From: a virus
IMG/VR virus record: IMGVR_UViG_3300013005_000002
Location: 1 to 64,000 of that record
Strand: one strand, 5' to 3'
Length of the DNA: 64,000 nt
Below, piece after piece: positions 20,350 to 28,106 of the stretch; position 1 is the first letter of the stretch, and every line of letters starts with the position of its first letter. Below the pieces are notes generated by a model. It was not told where the DNA came from. It was given only the letters and a program-made list of their open reading frames with translations, and did not search any database. Both the position numbers and the translations under genes were made by a program.

Positions 20350-20368
20350 ATAAACCCCTGGAGTTAGT

Positions 20369-21112
20369 ATGAAGATAATGTCTAGCACGTGTAAATGTTG
20401 CAAACAAACCAAAACAAAGATAGCTAAAAAAGAAGGAAATAAATTTAATTATGTTGATGAAAATAATACACTCTGGAAAGGTAGGTATTGCCCTTCCTGT
20501 AAAAAAGAATATACAGCAAGTTACAATAAACTAAAGCCCCGGCCATCCGCCTACAAAAAATCAACTAAACCTCTTTTGGATAAAACTTGTACTGTTTGCA
20601 AAACAGAGTTTAAAACAAAAAATCCAAGACAAGGACTATGTTCTAAGGAATGCAGAAGACAAGTTAAAAATTTAAAACGTAGAAAACCTCTATCTCCTAA
20701 AAAAGTAAAAGAACCAAAAATTGTACATCCTAAAAATTGTCTGACATGCAGTAAAAGCTTTTTACCTAAAAACTCACGAGGTAACTATTGTCAAAAAAAA
20801 TGTATGCCTAGTGAAATTAAGTATCGCAAGAAAAGTAATCATACCGCTGCTGCCAAAAAACTAAGAAAACAACGAAAGCTTGTGCAAAAGTTTAAACAAC
20901 CTATATCAAAGAAGTTTAAAAAAGAAATATTAGAAATATACGCTAGTAAACCTGAAGGATACGAGATAGACCACATTGTGCCTATAAACCATCCTGACGT
21001 ATGTGGATTACATGTGCCTTGGAATTTAAAAGTTTTAGCTAAAGAAGATAATTTAAAAAAGTCTAATAAGTTTGATGGTACTAATGAAAATAATAATTGG
21101 GCTATCCTATAA
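20369..21112 (+). CDS. HNH endonuclease with N-terminal zinc ribbons
   Basis: Multiple CxxC; EIDHIVP..CGLHVPWNL..N..KSNK. Confidence 0.85.
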   Translation: MKIMSSTCKCCKQTKTKIAKKEGNKFNYVDENNTLWKGRYCPSCKKEYTASYNKLKPRPSAYKKSTKPLLDKTCTVCKTEFKTKNPRQGLCSKECRRQVKNLKRRKPLSPKKVKEPKIVHPKNCLTCSKSFLPKNSRGNYCQKKCMPSEIKYRKKSNHTAAAKKLRKQRKLVQKFKQPISKKFKKEILEIYASKPEGYEIDHIVPINHPDVCGLHVPWNLKVLAKEDNLKKSNKFDGTNENNNWAIL

Positions 21113-21269
21113 ATAGTACACTATTCTTCATTACTCTCCAATACAACTTGCTATACAGGGATAAGGATAGTCCTGTATAAATGTTAGACCTTAAATCAAT
21201 TGGCATTGAAAGCACGTTAATTGTTCTATCTAAATTAAACACTATTACTACCCTATTATATTTTCTCAT
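21102..21269 (-). CDS. MKKY microprotein a, 55 aa
   Basis: MRKYNRVVIVFNLDRTINVLSMPIDLRSNIYTGLSLSLYSKLYWRVMKNSVLFIG. Confidence 0.75.
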   Translation of the reverse strand: MRKYNRVVIVFNLDRTINVLSMPIDLRSNIYTGLSLSLYSKLYWRVMKNSVLFIG

Positions 21270-21418
21270 TAATAATACACTTTCCGCATAATAGCTAGAT
21301 ACACCATAAAATACTGAGGACCACTTTCTGCAATTATAGTTTCTACGCTTGGTGACAATAATCCTATGTATTTAAATTTATAAACATTAGTTACTTCTAT
21401 GTTTTTATACTTTCTCAT
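21269..21418 (-). CDS. MKKY microprotein b, 49 aa
   Basis: MRKYKNIEVTNVYKFKYIGLLSPSVETIIAESGPQYFMVYLAIMRKVYY; paralogue of d. Confidence 0.8.
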   Translation of the reverse strand: MRKYKNIEVTNVYKFKYIGLLSPSVETIIAESGPQYFMVYLAIMRKVYY

Positions 21419-21569
21419 AAAGAGAATCTCTCATATTTTTAAACAACTGATTATAGTCACTAAAGTCTAACAAAGAAAATCTTCTTTCTGTTATAAGAAG
21501 TATATTATAACATATATCGTTACTCATTTGAAAAGATAAATTCATTTCAATTATTTTATATTTCTTCAT
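21405..21569 (-). CDS. MKKY microprotein c, 54 aa
   Basis: MKKYKIIEMNLSFQMSNDICYNILLITERRFSLLDFSDYNQLFKNMRDSLYEKV. Confidence 0.75.
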   Translation of the reverse strand: MKKYKIIEMNLSFQMSNDICYNILLITERRFSLLDFSDYNQLFKNMRDSLYEKV

Positions 21570-21721
21570 TAATAAAACACTTTTCTCATCACAGCAAGTC
21601 TCACCATAAAATACTGAGGTAAAGCCCCTGCAATTAAAGTTTGAAGATTAGGCGCTATTTGTTGATACATTCTATTTCTACCATTAATATTGTTTATTAC
21701 TATTCTATTATACTTCTTCAT
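21569..21721 (-). CDS. MKKY microprotein d, 50 aa
   Basis: MKKYNRIVINNINGRNRMYQQIAPNLQTLIAGALPQYFMVRLAVMRKVFY. Confidence 0.8.
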   Translation of the reverse strand: MKKYNRIVINNINGRNRMYQQIAPNLQTLIAGALPQYFMVRLAVMRKVFY

Positions 21722-21861
21722 ACCTTACCTATATACTTTGCATTCATATATAATGCCAAAAGTGGATAATAGTCACATACAGTCAAATCAAGTTCTCGGG
21801 CTAAGCGGTCATACGCTATCATTGGAATAAAATCTATACTTACTAAATTATATTTTTTCAT
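21718..21861 (-). CDS. MKKY microprotein e, 47 aa
   Basis: MKKYNLVSIDFIPMIAYDRLARELDLTVCDYYPLLALYMNAKYIGKV. Confidence 0.75.
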   Translation of the reverse strand: MKKYNLVSIDFIPMIAYDRLARELDLTVCDYYPLLALYMNAKYIGKV

Positions 21862-22018
21862 CATATCCCATTACCTTACTTATACTTAACATAGCAAAGA
21901 AATAAAACATTGCTATTCTAAGATTCCATACTGGCTTTAATTCTACAAGAGTATTATATTGTATAGAACGACGTAAGCTTTCTTTAATACGTAAATCTAA
22001 ATTGTTATATTTTTTCAT
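21848..22018 (-). CDS. MKKY microprotein f, 56 aa
   Basis: MKKYNNLDLRIKESLRRSIQYNTLVELKPVWNLRIAMFYFFAMLSISKVMGYDEKI. Confidence 0.75.
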   Translation of the reverse strand: MKKYNNLDLRIKESLRRSIQYNTLVELKPVWNLRIAMFYFFAMLSISKVMGYDEKI

Positions 22019-22021
22019 GTT

Positions 22022-22171
22022 TTACCAAAATAAAGGATACATTGGAATAAATATAAAACCACTTATAATTGTATGAATACGTAGTTCAGTTGCGTAATTT
22101 ACTTCATACTTGAGTCCTTCTATTTTATTTAGAGTTAACCCCTTTATTTTTATGCATTTATATTTTTTCAT
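22022..22171 (-). CDS. MKKY microprotein g, 49 aa
   Basis: MKKYKCIKIKGLTLNKIEGLKYEVNYATELRIHTIISGFIFIPMYPLFW; paralogue of i. Confidence 0.8.
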   Translation of the reverse strand: MKKYKCIKIKGLTLNKIEGLKYEVNYATELRIHTIISGFIFIPMYPLFW

Positions 22172-22335
22172 ATATTTTCTTTTAAAGCATAACACACTCT
22201 AGCATAAACCTGAAATCCAAAAGGTAAAAGAATTTCTTTAGACAGTTTATAATAAAATAAAACTTCAATTTGCGTTTTAAATACAGAGTTAAGATGACTG
22301 GATACTCCAGTATGTATATTTTTATATTTTCTCAT
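22168..22335 (-). CDS. MKKY microprotein h, 55 aa
   Basis: MRKYKNIHTGVSSHLNSVFKTQIEVLFYYKLSKEILLPFGFQVYARVCYALKENI. Confidence 0.75.
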   Translation of the reverse strand: MRKYKNIHTGVSSHLNSVFKTQIEVLFYYKLSKEILLPFGFQVYARVCYALKENI

Positions 22336-22487
22336 ATTTCACCAAAAAGAAACCACACAGGAAGATATGGAAACTGTCCTAGTATTATGTGGATATACAA
22401 TTCAGTTTTATAATCTACCTCATACTTATAGCTTTCTATTTTATTAAGAGTTAGTCCCCTCATTTTTATGCACTCATACTTCTTCAT
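22332..22487 (-). CDS. MKKY microprotein i, 51 aa
   Basis: MKKYECIKMRGLTLNKIESYKYEVDYKTELYIHIILGQFPYLPVWFLFGEI. Confidence 0.8.
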   Translation of the reverse strand: MKKYECIKMRGLTLNKIESYKYEVDYKTELYIHIILGQFPYLPVWFLFGEI

Positions 22488-22635
22488 AATATAATGCTTC
22501 ATTTCTTAATTTACACATTATTTGCCAAAATCCTTGGTCAAAGACCACATCTATTTGATGCGTAGTTTCAAAATTAAAACTCCGACATTGATATAAATTT
22601 TTATAGTACAGGTATATTCTATTATATTTCTTCAT
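22474..22635 (-). CDS. MKKY microprotein j, 53 aa
   Basis: MKKYNRIYLYYKNLYQCRSFNFETTHQIDVVFDQGFWQIMCKLRNEALYYEEV. Confidence 0.75.
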   Translation of the reverse strand: MKKYNRIYLYYKNLYQCRSFNFETTHQIDVVFDQGFWQIMCKLRNEALYYEEV

Positions 22636-22792
22636 AAATATAATGTTTCACTTTAAATTTTATTTGATGAGCAGTATGATGTGCACCTGTCGATAAAGCA
22701 GGAAATTTTATATATTTTGTCTGGTTTAAAAACAGTACACTTAACTGGTATCTTAAGCTAAACCATAAACTATAATTATGATATTTTCTCAT
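22622..22792 (-). CDS. MKKY microprotein k, 56 aa
   Basis: MRKYHNYSLWFSLRYQLSVLFLNQTKYIKFPALSTGAHHTAHQIKFKVKHYIYEEI. Confidence 0.75.
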   Translation of the reverse strand: MRKYHNYSLWFSLRYQLSVLFLNQTKYIKFPALSTGAHHTAHQIKFKVKHYIYEEI

Positions 22793-23202
22793 TTAACACA
22801 TATCACTTCTCTAATTAAAACTATAATCCAAGTTTTATCTCCCCTAGTTACTGTAATCTCTACTTTAGTACCAGGCTTACCCCTGATCTCTTCATTAGAG
22901 TGTATAACATCCCCGGCTTTAAGTCCAGCTTTAAATGCTGGGTATCCTTCATATACAGATTCAATTAAGGGAAATCCAGAAAGACCTATACCACCAAATG
23001 TATCCACACAGGCTTCACCTGGATTATCTCCTTTAGGAATAATAATGGTTTCTTCAAGTCCCCCTTTTGGATGATCGCCGCTACCTAATTCCTGCAAATC
23101 AACGGTGATTGATTTAGGCTGCTGAGGGGAGATGAAAATAAGCGACACCAATCCAAAATGGATAAGAGTACTAGCTATAAAAAATTTTATATCTCTAAAC
23201 AT
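22789..23202 (-). CDS. Membrane-anchored PDZ-domain protein
   Basis: N-terminal TM with S..IH; FGGIGL; PAFKAGLKAGDVI; IRGKPGTKVEITVTRG (S41/CtpA-type PDZ). Confidence 0.8.
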   Translation of the reverse strand: MFRDIKFFIASTLIHFGLVSLIFISPQQPKSITVDLQELGSGDHPKGGLEETIIIPKGDNPGEACVDTFGGIGLSGFPLIESVYEGYPAFKAGLKAGDVIHSNEEIRGKPGTKVEITVTRGDKTWIIVLIREVICVK

Positions 23203-23368
23203 TTTTTAATACACCACTGGATATCTTATAATTAAATACTAACGAAATAAATAGTTTGGATATTTTATTCTCCACCATGTACCCAGCATTTTTTCTAATA
23301 TAGCCGAGGTAGTGATAATACACTTGGTCATATACTTGACCTATGTGTACTGGTTTATATTTTTTCAA
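23195..23368 (-). CDS. MKKY-family microprotein, 57 aa (TTG start)
   Basis: MKKYKPVHIGQVYDQVYYHYLGYIRKNAGYMVENKISKLFISLVFNYKISSGVLKNV; TTGA overlap. Confidence 0.7.
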   Translation of the reverse strand: MKKYKPVHIGQVYDQVYYHYLGYIRKNAGYMVENKISKLFISLVFNYKISSGVLKNV

Positions 23369-24711
23369 GCTTTAGTCCAGTATTTATCTTGGATAGTTTT
23401 TCCACATACATTACCAAAGATTCCTGGCTTTACAAACTCAATACCATCTAAAGACGACACAAGTTCATCGGTAATTTCAGGATAGATTTTGCACATACGT
23501 TGTATGGCAAAATTATACACTTGCTTCTGATACCATAATCCAAGTTTGTGTAGTCCTGTGTATTTAGTAAAAGGTTTAGTAACGTGCCAATCAAAATTAT
23601 AAAGAAGAGGCCACTTTATCCAAACATAGCCTGGGTACAATAGTGAGTGTAACCCGCCATCCCAGAAATATGGATGGTCGCGGAATGTGCCATACTTTTC
23701 TTTTCCATGAGTACCAATTCTACCATAGGTTTTCCATGTACGCATAATATAACTAATAGCAATATCTAGCTTATCTCCATGTTCTTCAAACCATGTATCA
23801 CCCCACTGATGACTTGGCATATTTTCTCCTTTTTTTAGGTTTATATTTTTCTAATTTATAGAAAGAATTTTCTGTTTCTATTTGGTATCCGCCCTTAACT
23901 TTAATGCAACTTACAATAGGGGAGGATCTAAACCAACCAAATGCATTAGTAAGATAAATCCAAATAGATGTGCCTTTAGCAATAACCTGTACTTTAGATG
24001 CAGTCATAACTAGGTTTTTAACTTCATATAAAGCTTCTCTTCTATCCTTAGTTCCTATTTTAGTTAATGAATACATAGACTTATAATCAATTAGATCTAG
24101 TCCAGTGCTCTTAGCTAGCTTTATAGTTTCTTTTTTACTTAGTGGACTGTCTGGATATATTTTAATAGTGCCCATATATTACACTTTTTCTCCACAATCA
24201 GGACATTTATAGTAGGCAGTTCTATCTGTCTCATAGTCATAGTGTCCGATTTCTCTTCCCCAACGATTAGCTAATCCGTGCTGCTTCCAGCCAGCGTAGT
24301 TTTTAGAAATACTAAGAGCTTTTTTTTCAGTATAACCTTGATCCAGAAAGGTCTGATAAATGAGTTCCCCATCTAAGTTTGTTCCGCAATGTTTACAAGG
24401 TCTCATCTTATTTTTTTCCTTTCCTATAAATCAATACGTTTGAGCTGATATAGTAGTTTTAGTGTTTTTTTCAACGATAATTATTAGTATAGGCAATTAT
24501 GTGCCTTCATAGCTTTTAAACAAAATTTATATAATTCTTGAGGTACGGTAAAAATTGCTTCTTCACCCTCTTGAAAAGTGTATAACTTCCCGTCATCCTT
24601 TTTGTATTGCATTACTTTTTTATTGATTTTTCTAGCTGCCCGGAAATGTTCAACAAATACTTTGTAGCCGGATTTTGTTTTTACTATGTTTTGGAATTCT
24701 ACCATATGCAC
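23365..24711 (-). other. Hypothetical genes 23365-23820, 23798-24175, 24179-24406 (zinc ribbon), 24484-24711
   Basis: ORF track. Confidence 0.6.
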
Positions 24712-24720
24712 CTCTGGATT

Positions 24721-24749
24721 AGTTTAAAATATAATTTAGGACAAGTCAA
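24721..24749 (-). promoter_or_regulatory. sigma70-type promoter
   Basis: TTGACT-N17-TAAACT. Confidence 0.55.
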
Positions 24750-24945
24750 TATATAATACACTATTTATAAAAAAAGTGCTATCTAGAATATTATCCCATA
24801 GCCACCCCGGATTTTTTAAATCTTCAGGAGAATCTTTAGTCCATCTAGTAATGTATTCACTTATCTCATATCTTGGATCATCCATAAAATATTCTTTTAA
24901 TATTTCAAAGCCTTTATTAAATTCTACATTACGATATTTTCTCAT
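24736..24945 (-). CDS. MKKY-family microprotein, 69 aa
   Basis: ORF track MRKYRNVEF...; ATGA overlap. Confidence 0.75.
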   Translation of the reverse strand: MRKYRNVEFNKGFEILKEYFMDDPRYEISEYITRWTKDSPEDLKNPGWLWDNILDSTFFINSVLYIDLS

Positions 24946-25121
24946 AAAAATAGATTATTATTCCAAAGCAATCGGTTTAATAGAAGTTCTTCTATTAATC
25001 TTACTTCAAGAAAATTAATACTTTTTAATGTTGTGTACATATGATCACTAATGTAGCGTCTATATTGTGTATGAATTTCAAATACTTCGTATACAAGCAC
25101 TGTTTTTTTATACTTTCTCAT
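24942..25121 (-). CDS. MKKY-family microprotein, 59 aa
   Basis: MRKYKKTVLVYEVFEIHTQYRRYISDHMYTTLKSINFLEVRLIEELLLNRLLWNNNLFL; TTGATT-N16-TATTAT 6 nt upstream. Confidence 0.75.
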   Translation of the reverse strand: MRKYKKTVLVYEVFEIHTQYRRYISDHMYTTLKSINFLEVRLIEELLLNRLLWNNNLFL

Positions 25122-25168
25122 TTAAATATAATACACTTTTATTTAAATTAATCAAGGAAAATATGATG

Positions 25169-25180
25169 TTAACAAGTTTA
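25169..25180 (+). promoter_or_regulatory. Late-promoter-like motif
   Basis: TTAACAAGTTTA about 20 nt before ATG 25200. Confidence 0.65.
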
Positions 25181-25199
25181 ATTAGAGGTAGATAAGATT

Positions 25200-25463
25200 A
25201 TGTCAGATAAATCCCCGGCCAAAGGTAAAAGATTTAGTAAGCTGTTTAAGAATCCTGAGACTGGTAGGATGAATAAGGTATCTTATGGACAAGCTGGTAA
25301 AGCTTCTGACGGTGGAGATAGGATTAGGCCGGGCACAGATAAAGCTGCGGCTTACTGCGCTAGGAGTAACAAGATTAAAGGTGACTGGAGAAGTGACCCC
25401 AATAGTCCTAATAATTTAAGCAGACGTAAGTGGAAGTGTGTAGGGGATAAGTCTAGGAAGTAA
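25200..25463 (+). CDS. Small basic phage protein (YCARS..W family)
   Basis: ORF track; GAGGT SD. Confidence 0.7.
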   Translation: MSDKSPAKGKRFSKLFKNPETGRMNKVSYGQAGKASDGGDRIRPGTDKAAAYCARSNKIKGDWRSDPNSPNNLSRRKWKCVGDKSRK

Positions 25464-25534
25464 ATCTCTAGCAAGCAGAGCTTGCGGTGATTTTCGGTAG
25501 AAAATCTATTGTGTAGTAGTCAAAGGAAGCGCGA

Positions 25535-25711
25535 ATGAAAAAAATGTTAAAAAGAGAAGATGGTAGTAAATCACAAAAAGGTCTCTGGGATAATATCCGA
25601 GCTAAGCGTGAACGTGGTGAACCTAAAGCTAAACCAGGAAGTAAAGACTATCCTGAGAAAAAAGCTTTTGCTAAAGCTAGTGGTAGATTTAAAAAACTAT
25701 TTAAAAAGTAA
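25535..25711 (+). CDS. Small basic protein, 58 aa (not in ORF track)
   Basis: MKKMLKREDGSKSQKGLWDNIRAKRERGEPKAKPGSKDYPEKKAFAKASGRFKKLFKK. Confidence 0.7.
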   Translation: MKKMLKREDGSKSQKGLWDNIRAKRERGEPKAKPGSKDYPEKKAFAKASGRFKKLFKK

Positions 25712-27048
25712 TTAGTTACCTTTAAAATATTTACTAATATCTATTGTAAATCCTTTAGGTAAATTTATAACACAATCCATACTGCTATCGGTGCTATCAT
25801 CAAAATAATAAGCATCACTAGAACTAGTATACGGACTAAATCCATATTGTTTAGGGTCCCAGTTTGATCCACCAAAAAGAGTAGGCGCAACTTCAGGTTC
25901 TGTATATGTGGGCTCTTTCTTACAAGACCTACAGAACCAAAACTCAGACCTACCCCATACTTGTTTAGCGATATCTAAACTATTACAATGATTACATTTA
26001 CTTGGCTCTTTTTTGTCCATTTTTGTTTTTCCTAAAAACGACAGTTCCTGTCGCTTTATTAAAATAGATTTTCATATTTAATAGTAATAAAAATTGATTA
26101 AAAACAAAAGACTTTAATCCTGATTCGGCTAAATAAATGTCGTAAGACAAATCCCATGAGTTTGTTTTAAAATGTGATTTTATATCATTAGCCATTAACT
26201 TTAACTTTGGATTAGTTTTTAATTCATCTTTTGCTTTTTTATTCATATTGGATACAAAGTTTTTTCTTAATTCTGCTATTTGTTTACTCATTTATTTCCC
26301 CAATGTTTCAATTTCATCAATTGTTATTGTAACTACTTTATAATCTTTATCAATACATACAAAAATAATATCAGGCTTACCTATTGTTTTAGGAATACCT
26401 AATATACTTACTACTTTTAAGTTTAGTCCGGATTTAGTCTTTAATAATTGCATTATAGTTCTCCTAAAAAAACAATTTCTTTTTCAAAATTAGTTAGCAA
26501 TTCATTAACCATTGTTTCTCTTGTTTTTTCTTCCCACCAAAAATCATCGATTTTAGCCGAGTGTTTATTAATAAGCCAAATAGCAAAGCTATTATGTATT
26601 TTTTTTGGCACAAAACTAATATGATCCGTTAATGGAAAATAGTACACATACTCTTTATCCACGGTCACGTCTTTGTGCAATAAGTTCTTCTTTAACTAAA
26701 GTAAAATTATACAATTGATTCAATGTGATAAAACCATAAGCTTCATTGACATTGTCAAAAAAGCGCACATCCCACATTGAACTGGAATCTTCTTTAGGCA
26801 TAAGATATTCTAATCTATACTCTATTCTTTTTTCTTTTTCCATATATACCTTCCTTTGGTCCATAATAATATAAAGGTTTAGATCCGTCAAGATATTCTT
26901 CAATAGATTCGGGATTATGTACTTCAATGTGTGCTTTTACTAAAGCCAGTATATCACCTAGTTGTAATTCCTGGTTTATACACATTTCATCAATAATACA
27001 CTCTAAATCTAATAAAATCTTACCCATTGACCGAGTTTTTTTATCCAT
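25712..27048 (-). other. Minus-strand accessory cassette of small hypothetical genes (25712-26020, 25998-26291, 26453-26680, 26655-26843, 26815-27048)
   Basis: ORF track; preceded by TTGCTT-N17-TATTAT at 27058-27086. Confidence 0.6.
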
Positions 27049-27092
27049 GGTAAGTATATAATACAACGAATTAAATATAAAAGCAAGGTATA

Positions 27093-27104
27093 TTAACAAG
27101 TTAG
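27093..27104 (+). promoter_or_regulatory. Late-promoter-like motif
   Basis: TTAACAAGTTAG about 15 nt before TTG 27119. Confidence 0.7.
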
Positions 27105-27118
27105 GAAGTGAGGTGTAA

Positions 27119-28096
27119 TTGGCTGGTATTAATACAAAACTAGATGCTAACCAAGTTCTTAAACAGGCTTATGATGAGCCTAATCAAAGACTTAGAGTAG
27201 ATGCAACGCTAAGTGCAACTATTGGTGACGTAATAATTAAGGACGCTGACGGCGATGAATTGGCCGTTAATCCTGATGGAAGCATCAATGTACAGATTGC
27301 TGGAGGTGGGCTCCAGGTAGAAATTAGTGCAGCAGATGGTGATAATATTGCCATCTCAGATGGTACTAATACTGCTTCAGTAAATCCAGACGGTAGTCTA
27401 AATGTAAATTTAGTGGGAACTAGTGAAGTTAAAATTACTGACGGAACTGATGATTTAGCAATCAACGCCGATGGAAGTATTAATTCTATAGTAACTGCAA
27501 CAGATTTAGATATTAGAAATTTACAATTTTCTACGGACAAAGTAGATATTACTGGTTCTAACGTAGGAATACAAGGAACCGTTACAGTTCAGGCTACCGA
27601 TTTAGATATTAGAAATTTACAGTTTACTCAAGATAAAGTTGACGTAAGTGGTTCTTCTGTAACCGAAGTAAATAGTTCTGGTATATTAACTGAATTACAA
27701 TCTATTGATTCTAAGCTTCCTTCTCTTGGACAACAAACTGCTGCTAATTCAATAAGCGTTACTTTAGCTAGTGACATTGGTCCTCTAGTAGCTAATGTAG
27801 AATTAAATGCTTTTACTAATACAAATCCAGACAATGTCCAATTAGTTGGAAGTATTAATGGAACTGCTACTGGAACTAAATACGGTATTGTTAATAATCT
27901 GCGTTTACAAATTTTAGATGCTCATGATAGAATTGCTAATTTTATTTATGCAGATTTTGGTACAAAAAATCAAAGAATTATACAAGTAAATTATATCAGT
28001 GCTACGTTTTTAGGAACTACTGTTCAAAGAGTTTTTTCTTATACATTAGTTGGAAATAATTATAGGCGCGATAATGAAACTTGGACTATAGTTTAA
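27119..28096 (+). CDS. Virion structural protein with internal repeats
   Basis: 3x (D)G..LA(V/I)N.DGS(I/L)N and 2x ATDLDIRNLQF..DKVD. Confidence 0.65.
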   Translation: MAGINTKLDANQVLKQAYDEPNQRLRVDATLSATIGDVIIKDADGDELAVNPDGSINVQIAGGGLQVEISAADGDNIAISDGTNTASVNPDGSLNVNLVGTSEVKITDGTDDLAINADGSINSIVTATDLDIRNLQFSTDKVDITGSNVGIQGTVTVQATDLDIRNLQFTQDKVDVSGSSVTEVNSSGILTELQSIDSKLPSLGQQTAANSISVTLASDIGPLVANVELNAFTNTNPDNVQLVGSINGTATGTKYGIVNNLRLQILDAHDRIANFIYADFGTKNQRIIQVNYISATFLGTTVQRVFSYTLVGNNYRRDNETWTIV

Positions 28097-28106
28097 GGAG
28101 AATAAA

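Larger units (their letters stand above)
21102..22792 (-). repeat. Tandem array of 11 MKKY microprotein cassettes (140-164 bp period)
   Basis: Motif ATGA(A/G)(A/G)AA(A/G)TAT(A/G/C)A at starts 21269, 21418, 21569, 21721, 21861, 22018, 22171, 22335, 22487, 22635 and 22792. Confidence 0.9.

Noticed and set aside
21269-22487. Diversity-generating retroelement TR/VR pairs
   Set aside because: Differences between paralogues are not adenine-restricted, and no reverse transcriptase is present in the window.
21102-22792. CRISPR array
   Set aside because: The repeat is only about 14 nt, degenerate and non-palindromic. The 'spacers' are about 140 nt open reading frames, and there is no cas operon (the Cas4-like nuclease sits in the recombination module).
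21102-22792. Integron cassette array
   Set aside because: No intergenic attC hairpins, because the ORFs overlap, and no tyrosine recombinase is seen.
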